Assembly (NCBI GenBank): GCA_902514665.1
Contig: CABXRS010000003.1
Location: 3,255 to 67,254 of the forward strand
Direction of reading: 5' to 3'
Length of the DNA stretch: 64,000 nucleotides
DNA from: an uncultured Pelagibacteraceae bacterium
GTDB lineage: Bacteria; Pseudomonadota; Alphaproteobacteria; Pelagibacterales; Pelagibacteraceae
Shown: piece by piece, positions 44,956 through 53,666 of the stretch
Position numbering within the stretch: position 1 is the stretch's first letter
Layout: every line of letters starts with the position of its first letter
Notes under the pieces: generated by a model
The model's database searches: none
The model's input: the letters and a program-made list of their open reading frames with translations, nothing else
Told to the model about the DNA's origin: nothing
Position numbers and translations under genes: made by a program

Positions 44956-45603
44956 ATGGGCTCAGACCTTAATATTACACAAGACCTGCAAGATTATATT
45001 TTAGAACATGGACATAATCTTCATCCAGTCCAAAAAGAAATAATTGAGTACAATACATCACTTGGTGACATAAAAAGAATGCAGATATCAATCTCACAAA
45101 CTCAGTTACTTCATCTAATTATTAAAGTTTCTAACATAAAAAAAATATTAGAAATTGGAACATTTACAGGTTTAAGTACGTTATCTATGTCACTAGCATT
45201 ACCAGATGATGGTAAAATAATTGCATTAGATAAAAATGAGCAAACAAATAAAGTTGCTATTAATTTTTTTAAAAAAGCAAAACAAGATCATAAAATTACA
45301 ACTTTAATTAAACCAGCTTTAGAGAGTTTAGACGAAATAAAACAGAAATTTGAACTCATATTCATAGATGCCGATAAAGGAAACTATAAAGAATACTATG
45401 AAAGATCATTGAGTTTGCTTGAGACAAGTGGCTTAATTATAATTGATAATGTCCTTTGGTATGGTGAAGTGGTAAAAAAAAACGAACATGACAAAATTAC
45501 TAAAACCATTAAAAACTTTAACGAATTTGTCTCTAACGATAAAAGAGTAGAAAAAACCATAATTCCTCTAGGGGATGGAATGACTATATGTAGGAAATTG
45601 TAA
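44956..45603 (+). CDS. Cation-dependent class I SAM O-methyltransferase (CCoAOMT/TrmR family)
   Basis: LEIGTFTGLS SAM motif, FIDADK and IDNVLW metal-binding motifs, PLGDG. Confidence 0.9.
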   Translation: MGSDLNITQDLQDYILEHGHNLHPVQKEIIEYNTSLGDIKRMQISISQTQLLHLIIKVSNIKKILEIGTFTGLSTLSMSLALPDDGKIIALDKNEQTNKVAINFFKKAKQDHKITTLIKPALESLDEIKQKFELIFIDADKGNYKEYYERSLSLLETSGLIIIDNVLWYGEVVKKNEHDKITKTIKNFNEFVSNDKRVEKTIIPLGDGMTICRKL

Positions 45604-46502
45604 TGTACGAAGTATTTGGTTTTTATAGGTTTTTAAATATTAAGTATCTAAAAAAAAATAAGAGATTCATAAATGAAGTTTTAATAAAAAATAATATTCG
45701 AGGAACAGTAATAATTTCAAAAGAAGGTTTAAATGGTACTATTTCTGGCAAAGGACCAGATATTAAAACTACTATTAGTAAGTTAAAAAAAATTTTAAAA
45801 TTTAAAGATTTTAATAGTTTCAATAAATCTAAAAGTTTGTTTCAACCATTTCATAAACCTAGAGTGAAAATTAAGACTGAAGTTGTTCCTATGAACCTAA
45901 AAATTAGTCAAATGATCAAAAAAAAAGATAGTCATGTTGACCCAAAAAAATGGAATAAATTAATAAGGAATAAAAAAACACTTGTTATTGATGTTAGAAA
46001 ACCATTTGAATATAATGTTGGTACTTTTAAAGGTTCTACGAATCCAAATATTGATAATTTTAGGGATTTTCCAAAATATTTAAAAAATCTTAAAAAAAAT
46101 CAAGCAATTGCAATGTTTTGTACTGGTGGAATTCGTTGTGAAAAAGCTTCAGTTTATCTAGAAAAAAAAGGTTTTGGTAATGTTTATCAATTAAAAGGTG
46201 GTATTCTAAATTATTTAAAAAATACAAATCAAAAAAAAAGTTTATGGAAAGGTGAATGTTTTGTTTTTGATAACAGAGTTAGTTTAAAACATGGTCTAAA
46301 ATCTGGTTCTTATTCAATTTGTAGTGGATGCAGAAAGCCAATTTCTCAACAAATTAAAAATTCAAAAAAATATGAAGAAGGTGTTTCATGTCCAAATTGT
46401 CACGATAAATTAACAGATCAACAAAAAACAAGATTTAGAATGAGACAAAAGCAAATTAACCTTGCTAAAAAAGTTGGAAAAAGACATATCTTCCAAAAAT
46501 AA
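45603..46502 (+). CDS. trhO: Rhodanese-domain tRNA uridine(34) hydroxylase (YceA/TrhO family)
   Basis: EGLNGT, IDVR..EY..GTF, FCTGGIRCEK, LKGGILNY, WKGECFVFD.RV, C-terminal Cys cluster. Confidence 0.92.
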   Translation: MYEVFGFYRFLNIKYLKKNKRFINEVLIKNNIRGTVIISKEGLNGTISGKGPDIKTTISKLKKILKFKDFNSFNKSKSLFQPFHKPRVKIKTEVVPMNLKISQMIKKKDSHVDPKKWNKLIRNKKTLVIDVRKPFEYNVGTFKGSTNPNIDNFRDFPKYLKNLKKNQAIAMFCTGGIRCEKASVYLEKKGFGNVYQLKGGILNYLKNTNQKKSLWKGECFVFDNRVSLKHGLKSGSYSICSGCRKPISQQIKNSKKYEEGVSCPNCHDKLTDQQKTRFRMRQKQINLAKKVGKRHIFQK

Positions 46503-46526
46503 TATTAATAACATTTAACGAAAAAG

Positions 46527-47864
46527 ATGAATTTATTAAAAGATGAGGTTTCAAAATTAGTTAGAAAGCTTGCCATACCAGCTAGTATAGGAACTCTTTT
46601 TCAAACCCTGTATACGATAGTTGATACTTTTTATGCTGGAAAAATATCTCCAGAAGCGCTTTCAGCTTTAAGTAAGTCATTTCCAATTTTCTTTATAATA
46701 ATTGCAACATCTATTGGTGTAACAGTAGCTGGTACATCTTTGATTGGTAGCAGTATTGGAGAAAAAAACGAAAAAAATGTTTTAGGTTATTTTGTAAACG
46801 TTATTTTTTATGCAATATTAATTTCGTTAATCGTATCAATACTTGGTTTTACATTTGGTGAAAAAGTATTTCTATTAATGAATTCAACAACAGAGGTTAC
46901 CAGTCTAGGTCTAAAATATATAAATATAATTTTCTTGGGTACATTGTTGTTTATTTTAGTTGTAGCACTAAATTCTTTTTTACATGCAGAAGGAGACACA
47001 GTAACATATAGAAATGCTTTAATTTTATCCTTTTTCCTGAATATAATCTTAAATCCTATTTTTATTTTTGGTTTTTTATTTATACCAGCCTTAGGAATAT
47101 CAGGAATCGGAGTAGCAACTCTATTAGCTCAATTTGTTTCTCTTTTAATTGTACTTAGAAAAATTCTAACTAATGAAAGAATAAAAAAAATTACTTTTAG
47201 TTATTTTAAAGTAAAATTTTTTTTTCTAAAAAATATTTTCTTTCAATCTATGCCAATAACAGTTGCTATTTTAGGATATTCAGTGGCTGCTGCTATTGTT
47301 TTTACTTATGTTGGTTTTTCAAGCGAATATGCAGTAGCAGGTTATGGGTCTGCAACTAGAATTGAGCAGGTTGTTTTACTTCCTATTTTAGGAATAAATA
47401 CAGCAATTATTTCTATAATTGCTCAAAATATTGGAGCTAAGTATTATAAGCGAGTTGAACAATCATATTTTACTTCAGTAAAATACGGTATATTTTTAAT
47501 GTTATTCTCAGGTGTTCTTGTATATTTAAGTGCTGACACTGTACCAAAATTCTTCTCCTCTAATTCTGAAGTAATCGCATATGGTTCTATGTATTTGAAA
47601 ATATCAGCTTTCATCTTACCAGCATATCCAATTTTCTTTCTTTCAAATGGTTTCTTTATGGCTTTACAAAAATCAGAAAAAGCCATGTTAAATAATATTT
47701 TAAGAAACGTTATAGTACCCATATTGTCATTTTATATTGCAAGATATATCAATGCAGATTTCAAAACATTTTTTTATATTTGGGCTACGTTTCAATGGTC
47801 TATATCAATTACTTTATTCTTTTACGTTAAATATTATATAAAAAATAAATTAGTCATTGTATAA
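46527..47864 (+). CDS. MATE family efflux transporter
   Basis: LAIPA, IVDTFYAG, NIILNPIFIFG, G.GVAT, QNIGA; about 12 TM. Confidence 0.92.
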   Translation: MNLLKDEVSKLVRKLAIPASIGTLFQTLYTIVDTFYAGKISPEALSALSKSFPIFFIIIATSIGVTVAGTSLIGSSIGEKNEKNVLGYFVNVIFYAILISLIVSILGFTFGEKVFLLMNSTTEVTSLGLKYINIIFLGTLLFILVVALNSFLHAEGDTVTYRNALILSFFLNIILNPIFIFGFLFIPALGISGIGVATLLAQFVSLLIVLRKILTNERIKKITFSYFKVKFFFLKNIFFQSMPITVAILGYSVAAAIVFTYVGFSSEYAVAGYGSATRIEQVVLLPILGINTAIISIIAQNIGAKYYKRVEQSYFTSVKYGIFLMLFSGVLVYLSADTVPKFFSSNSEVIAYGSMYLKISAFILPAYPIFFLSNGFFMALQKSEKAMLNNILRNVIVPILSFYIARYINADFKTFFYIWATFQWSISITLFFYVKYYIKNKLVIV

Positions 47865-47885
47865 TTCGATCTAAATTACTTAAAG

Positions 47886-48413
47886 ATGTTTTTTACCAAA
47901 AAAAAAGTTTTAATAATGATTATAATTTGTTTAGTTGTTTTTATATTTACTTACAATGATGTTAAGTCAGAAGAAATTAAGGAAATTACTGGTTTTGCAA
48001 AAATAATTGACGGAGATACAATCAAAATAAGTAATAAAAAAATTAGGTTACATGGGATAGATGCCCCAGAAAAAAAACAAACATGTAAAAAGCCTTACCT
48101 AACAATTAGTGTTTTTTCGTTCACCAAAAGCTACTTATGTGGACAAGTTTCTACTAATAAATTAACTAAAAAAATAAATAATCAAATTATAAAATGTAAG
48201 ATAAAGGATGTTGATAGATATAATAGGCTTATTGGAGAATGTTATAAAAGAAACGAAAACCTTAATTCTTGGTTAGTATCAAACGGTTATGCAGTTGCTT
48301 ATAGAAAATATTCTAAAAAATATATTTCAGACGAAATAAATGCAAAGAGTAATAAACTTGGTATTTGGCAGGGCAAATTTGAAATGCCATGGATTTTTAG
48401 AAGAAAAAATTAA
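47886..48413 (+). CDS. Staphylococcal-nuclease-like (thermonuclease) protein with N-terminal anchor or signal
   Basis: IDGDTI, IRLHGIDAPE, DRYNR, LV.NGYA, GIWQG. Confidence 0.92.
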   Translation: MFFTKKKVLIMIIICLVVFIFTYNDVKSEEIKEITGFAKIIDGDTIKISNKKIRLHGIDAPEKKQTCKKPYLTISVFSFTKSYLCGQVSTNKLTKKINNQIIKCKIKDVDRYNRLIGECYKRNENLNSWLVSNGYAVAYRKYSKKYISDEINAKSNKLGIWQGKFEMPWIFRRKN

Positions 48414-48415
48414 AT

Positions 48416-48979
48416 TTATAATCTAGAAGCGCTATCATCAATCCACGACCAAAGATGTTGAGCAAAAGACCTTCTTACAAATAAATTAACAATTTGATCT
48501 CCCTTATTGTGAACTATAACATCTATATGATTTAAAATTGTTTGCACAGATGAACCTTTTTTATCTTTAAATTCACTAAAATTAAATGGACTTCCTGCTG
48601 AAAATATTTCGTAGATATTTTTTCCTTTAATTTCTAATTGAACAAATTGGTCTGTAACATCAACTACGGAACCTAAATTTACTTTTGATATATTATTAAA
48701 AAGTATTTCATTTAATTCATATTCATTTGTATCTTTTTTTACCACGTCGTTTGTAACTATAATCCATTCATCAGGGCTAAGCCAAATAGCGGTTAATTTA
48801 TCACTGATTGTTGAGGTATTAGCCTCTGTAGGAAGAAGTATATTTAGATTTTTTCCTATATTTGTAAAAAACTCTCTTTTTTTACCTCTTAAATTTAATT
48901 TCATTGTAGGTGAAATTTCTTTCACAACGACGCCGTTGTAATTAATTTCACCACTTATAGCTGTTTTATAGTTAAGCAT
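48416..48979 (-). CDS. soxG: Heterotetrameric sarcosine oxidase gamma subunit
   Basis: LNLRG, WLSPDEW, VVDVTDQ, VRRSFA. Confidence 0.9.
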   Translation of the reverse strand: MLNYKTAISGEINYNGVVVKEISPTMKLNLRGKKREFFTNIGKNLNILLPTEANTSTISDKLTAIWLSPDEWIIVTNDVVKKDTNEYELNEILFNNISKVNLGSVVDVTDQFVQLEIKGKNIYEIFSAGSPFNFSEFKDKKGSSVQTILNHIDVIVHNKGDQIVNLFVRRSFAQHLWSWIDDSASRL

Positions 48980-51977
48980 TTATCCTCTTATTTTCTTCAT
49001 CATAAAAAATAGTTTTTGAAACTGTGACACTAATATTTTTATTTTTCATTGGAATAAAAAGTTTTTTACCTTTCATATTTTTTCCGTCTTTAACAACTGC
49101 TAGAGCAATTGATTTATTAAGATTTGGGCTGAAATAACTTGATGTTACATGACCAAGCATTTCAACTGGTTTTTGATTTAATTCAGAAACAATTTGAGCA
49201 CCTTCTTCTAAAACAATATTTGGATCTTCAGTTAATAAACCTACTAATTGTTTTCTATTTTTTTTCATTGTGTCAGATCTATAAAGTGATCTTTTTCCAA
49301 TAAAGTCATATTTTTTCTTACTTACAATCCAGTCCATTTGAAGATCAATAGGTGTCATTGTTCCATCTGTATCTTGACCTACAATTATAAAACCTTTTTC
49401 TGCTCTTAATAAATGCATTGTCTCTGTACCATAGGGAGTAATATCAAATTCTTTTCCAGCCTCTATACATTTTTGCCATATAGCCTCACCATAACTTGCT
49501 GGTGCATTAATCTCATAACTCAGCTCACCAGTAAAACTTATTCTCATAATTCTACATTTGATTTTATTAATTAATACCTCTTTAAATGACATGTGCGGAA
49601 AATTGTCATCAGATAAATCTAAATCAGGAATAATTTTATTTAAAATTTTTTTACTGTTAGGACCACATAGACTAGCTGTAGCAAAATGATCTGTAACAGA
49701 AGTTAAATATACGTCTAACTCTGGCCATTCAGTCTGAAGGTAATCTTCAAGTTTCCCCAAAACATTTGCAGCACCACCTGTCGTAGTAGTCATAATATAA
49801 TGATTTTCACCTAGCCTTGTCGTAACACCATCATCATAAACCATACCGTCCTCATTAAGCATCAATCCATATCTACATTTACCAATAGGAAGTTTTGACC
49901 ATGCGTTAGTGTAAACTCTATTTAAAAATTCAGAAGAATCACTACCCTGAATATCAATTTTACCTAAGGTAGAAGCATCTAATATTCCTGCACTCTGTCT
50001 AGCAGCTTTACTTTCTCTTTGAACGGCTTGATGCATTGTTTCATCTTCTTTTGGGTAATACCAAGATCTTTTCCACTGTCCAACATTTTCAAATTCAGCT
50101 TTATTTTTAATGTGCCAATCATTCATAGGAGTTCTTCGAAATGTATCAAAAAATTCTCCTACATTCCGTCCAACAATAGTTCCAAATGTTAAAGGGGTGT
50201 ATGGCGGTCTAAAAGTTGTTGTTCCTAATTCTCCCATTTTTACACCTGCTGTATCTGCAATGATTCCTAAAGCATGCATATTTCCAAGTTTACCTTGGTC
50301 AGTGCCCATTCCTGTTGTTGTATATCTTTTTACATGTTCGATTGATCTAAAACCCTCTCTTAATGCGAGTTTTATGTCTTTTGCAGTAGCATCATTTTGA
50401 TAATCTACAAAAGGCTTAGTTTTACCAATACTCTGATCAGAGGGTAAAAGCCAAATATTTCTATTTGAAGTTTCATGATCATTTTCTAAAGCAATACTGT
50501 CAAAATCAGTTTTACCGATGTTTAAAAAATTTTTTAATTTATAATTTAAATTTCTAATTATTTCGTCCAGCTCAAAGTCGCCCCCGCAGGAGCCAACACT
50601 AATTTGTTCTTTAGTATCTGCTTTAGGAATAAAAATTTTTCGTTCTTCATCAAAGGTAAGCTTACTACCAGATTGCGTATATAAATGTACGGCAGGTGTC
50701 CAACCGCCTGCAATGCCTAAGCAATCACAAGAAATAGAAATTTTACTACCAGTAACCGACGTACCGTCATTTGAAAGTCTCATTATAGATATGCTGCTTA
50801 TCCTTTTGTATCCTTTAGTATCAACAATTGTATGTGACCAGTATATTTTTATACCAGCATCATTAATTTTTTTAATTATTTTTGCATCAGAATTTTCCCT
50901 GATATCAATAATAGCTTTAACTTTAATTCCTTTATTATGTAATGATAAAGCGCTTTCATAAGCACTATCATTATTTGTGAAAAAAATATTTTTAGTTCCA
51001 CATGCAACACCATAAAAATTACTATATTTTTTAATAGCCGAAGATAGCATGATACCAGGTCTATCATTATTATTAAAAATTAAAGGTCTTTCTAGTGCAC
51101 CAGTTGCTAAAATCACTTTTTTAGCTCTAATCTTAAGAAGTCGTTGTCTAATCTTATTTTTTTTATCTTTTTTCTCTAAATGATCTGTTAAATTTTCTCT
51201 AGCAAGTAAATAATTATATTGATGATATGCTGCTACGCTTGTTCTAGTTTTAATCTCAAGATTCTTAATATTCTTAAGTTCATTAATTTCTTTTTTCAAC
51301 CATTCAGATGCTAAATTATTATTAATTTTATTGTCTTCATTTGCTTCAAATATTGTTGATCCACCAATTTCATTCTTTTCATCTAAAAGTAATGTTTTGA
51401 AATTATTTTTGGCTGCATTTTTTGCTGCTATTATTCCAGATATACCAGCACCCACAACTAATACATCACAATGAATATTTCTATGGTCATATATATCGGG
51501 ATCTCTTGTATTTGGAGATTTGCCAAGGCCAGCAGAATGTCTAATAAAAAATTCATACTTCTCCCAAAAACTTTTAGGCCACATAAAAGTTTTATAATAA
51601 AAGCCTGCTGGAAAGAGGGGAGCTAAAAAATTGTTTATTGCACCTATATCAAAATTAACACTTGGCCAACAATTTTGGCTAGATGCTTCTAAACCTTGAT
51701 AAATTTCTATCTCTGTTGCTCTTGCATTTGGTTCTGTAATATTTGAATTAGGATTTACTTGAACGATTGCATTTGGTTCTTCAGAACCAGAAGTCATAAT
51801 TCCTCGTGGTCGATGATATTTAAAGCTTCTACCAACTAAATGAACATTATTTGCTATTAAAGCAGATGCTAAAGTATCTCCTTTAAAACCATAGTAGGTT
51901 TTTCCATCAAACTTAAATGAAATTCTATTAGTCTCATCTATAAATTCGCTTGATTTTACTCTTAGATTTTGTGTCAT
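48972..51977 (-). CDS. soxA: Heterotetrameric sarcosine oxidase alpha subunit
   Basis: GDTLASAL, RSFKYHRPRG, GFYYKTF, KRYTT.GMG.DQG, GcvT-like C-half; start placed at ATG 51977. Confidence 0.95.
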   Translation of the reverse strand: MTQNLRVKSSEFIDETNRISFKFDGKTYYGFKGDTLASALIANNVHLVGRSFKYHRPRGIMTSGSEEPNAIVQVNPNSNITEPNARATEIEIYQGLEASSQNCWPSVNFDIGAINNFLAPLFPAGFYYKTFMWPKSFWEKYEFFIRHSAGLGKSPNTRDPDIYDHRNIHCDVLVVGAGISGIIAAKNAAKNNFKTLLLDEKNEIGGSTIFEANEDNKINNNLASEWLKKEINELKNIKNLEIKTRTSVAAYHQYNYLLARENLTDHLEKKDKKNKIRQRLLKIRAKKVILATGALERPLIFNNNDRPGIMLSSAIKKYSNFYGVACGTKNIFFTNNDSAYESALSLHNKGIKVKAIIDIRENSDAKIIKKINDAGIKIYWSHTIVDTKGYKRISSISIMRLSNDGTSVTGSKISISCDCLGIAGGWTPAVHLYTQSGSKLTFDEERKIFIPKADTKEQISVGSCGGDFELDEIIRNLNYKLKNFLNIGKTDFDSIALENDHETSNRNIWLLPSDQSIGKTKPFVDYQNDATAKDIKLALREGFRSIEHVKRYTTTGMGTDQGKLGNMHALGIIADTAGVKMGELGTTTFRPPYTPLTFGTIVGRNVGEFFDTFRRTPMNDWHIKNKAEFENVGQWKRSWYYPKEDETMHQAVQRESKAARQSAGILDASTLGKIDIQGSDSSEFLNRVYTNAWSKLPIGKCRYGLMLNEDGMVYDDGVTTRLGENHYIMTTTTGGAANVLGKLEDYLQTEWPELDVYLTSVTDHFATASLCGPNSKKILNKIIPDLDLSDDNFPHMSFKEVLINKIKCRIMRISFTGELSYEINAPASYGEAIWQKCIEAGKEFDITPYGTETMHLLRAEKGFIIVGQDTDGTMTPIDLQMDWIVSKKKYDFIGKRSLYRSDTMKKNRKQLVGLLTEDPNIVLEEGAQIVSELNQKPVEMLGHVTSSYFSPNLNKSIALAVVKDGKNMKGKKLFIPMKNKNISVTVSKTIFYDEENKRINA

Positions 51978-51978
51978 T

Positions 51979-52254
51979 TTATTGTGTTGGTGGTTTTTCA
52001 CCTATCTTATAAATTGCTTTTATTTCATCATTAGATGTATCTCTAGCCATATTAAACCATTTACGACAACCATGAGCATGGTTCCATCTTTCAAACTGCA
52101 CACCTTTAATATTTTTTCTCATAAATAAATATTCTGCCCATTCATCATCACTTAGTTCAGTTGGTTGTTTGGGTCTTTCAATGTGTGCTTCTCCACCAGC
52201 CTTAAATTCTTGCTGATCTCTTTCTCCACAATACGGACAATTAATTAAAAACAT
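51979..52254 (-). CDS. soxD: Heterotetrameric sarcosine oxidase delta subunit
   Basis: CPYCG.R..EF, W.H.HGCRKWF. Confidence 0.95.
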   Translation of the reverse strand: MFLINCPYCGERDQQEFKAGGEAHIERPKQPTELSDDEWAEYLFMRKNIKGVQFERWNHAHGCRKWFNMARDTSNDEIKAIYKIGEKPPTQ

Positions 52255-53507
52255 TAATGTGCAACTGCTGCAGCACCATGTTCATCTACAAGGTCACCAC
52301 TTACAAATCTATTTAAATTAAATGCAGCATTCAGTTTATGAGGTTCGTCATTAGCAATAGTATGAGCAAATAAGTCTCCAGAACCAGGTGTTGCTTTAAA
52401 TCCACCTGTACCCCAACCACAATTAAAATATAATCCTTTGATTGATGTTTTACTTAGAATAGGACTTGCATCAGGACAAATATCAACAATACCACCCCAT
52501 TGTCTTAGCATTCTCATACGACTGAAAATTGGATATAATTCTAAAATTGCATTCAACGTTCCTTCTACAATTTGATGGCTACCTTTTTGAGAATAAGAAA
52601 CATAATCATCTGTACCAGCACCTATAACTAACTCACCTTTATCTGATTGACTAACATATGCATGAACAGCATTTGACATAACAACAGTATCAATAATTGG
52701 TTTCACAGGCTCAGAAACTAAAGCTTGCAAGGGTTTACTTTCAAGTGGAAGTTTTAAACCCGCCATGTTAGCAACTACGCTTGAATGTCCTGCTGCAACT
52801 ACGCCAATTTTTTTAGTTTTAATAAATCCTTTTGTTGTTTCTATACCCTCAATTGTATCACCACTTCTCTTGATACCTTTAACCTCACAGTTTTGAATGA
52901 TATCAACTCCCATTTCATCTGCACCCCTTGCATATCCCCATGCAACTGCATCATGTCTAGCTGTACCAGCTCTTCTTTGTAAAGTACCACCCAAAACAGG
53001 ATATCTAATATCCTGTGATGTATTTATAATTGGACAAAATTTTTTTACTTCCTCAGTGTTTAAATAAACGGCATCTATTCCATTCAGTCTGTTAGCATGA
53101 GTTCTTCTTTTTAAATCTCTCACATCTTGCAAATTGTGAGCAAGATTCATTACACCTCTTTGACTAAACATAACATTATAATTTAGTTCTTGTGATAAAC
53201 CTTCCCAGATTTTTAAGGCATGATCATACAAACCTGCACTAGCATCCCATAAATAATTTGATCTAATAATTGTTGTATTACGACCGGTGTTTCCACCACC
53301 AATCCAACCTTTTTCTACTACAGCAATGTTTTGCATATTATGTTTTTTTGCTAAGTAATATGCTGTTGCTAAACCATGACCACCGCCACCAACAATTACA
53401 GCATCATATTCTTTTTTAGGTGCTGGATCCTTCCAGGCTCTTTGCCAATTTTCATGATAAGACAAAGCATTTTTAAATAAAGAAAATATAGAGTACTTAT
53501 TTTTCAT
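52254..53507 (-). CDS. soxB: Heterotetrameric sarcosine oxidase beta subunit
   Basis: [49 protein letters not shown]. Confidence 0.96.
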   Translation of the reverse strand: MKNKYSIFSLFKNALSYHENWQRAWKDPAPKKEYDAVIVGGGGHGLATAYYLAKKHNMQNIAVVEKGWIGGGNTGRNTTIIRSNYLWDASAGLYDHALKIWEGLSQELNYNVMFSQRGVMNLAHNLQDVRDLKRRTHANRLNGIDAVYLNTEEVKKFCPIINTSQDIRYPVLGGTLQRRAGTARHDAVAWGYARGADEMGVDIIQNCEVKGIKRSGDTIEGIETTKGFIKTKKIGVVAAGHSSVVANMAGLKLPLESKPLQALVSEPVKPIIDTVVMSNAVHAYVSQSDKGELVIGAGTDDYVSYSQKGSHQIVEGTLNAILELYPIFSRMRMLRQWGGIVDICPDASPILSKTSIKGLYFNCGWGTGGFKATPGSGDLFAHTIANDEPHKLNAAFNLNRFVSGDLVDEHGAAAVAH

Positions 53508-53574
53508 AATAATTGAATAATTACTTTATAAAGATTGAATTTTCAATACAATCGCTTATTACACAATGTCATAC

Positions 53575-53666
53575 GGAAGAGTGGGTGAGAGGCTGAAACC
53601 AGTCGTTTGCTAAATGACCGTGCGAGGAAACTTGTACCGAGGGTTCGAATCCCTCCTCTTCCGCCA
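53575..53666 (+). tRNA. tRNA-Ser (GCT)
   Basis: GGAAGAG/CTCTTCC acceptor, GTCGT-TTGCTAA-ATGAC anticodon arm, long variable arm, G73-CCA. Confidence 0.97.

Noticed and set aside
29144-47864. Long A/T homopolymers (8-10 nt) as phase-variation or frameshift sites
   Set aside because: All reading frames are intact and the runs are explained by Lys/Phe codons in a low-GC genome.
47886-53666. soxBDAG plus nuclease beside tRNA-Ser as a possible genomic island
   Set aside because: No integrase, no duplicated tRNA 3' end, same base composition, and the genes lie on the 5' side of the tRNA.
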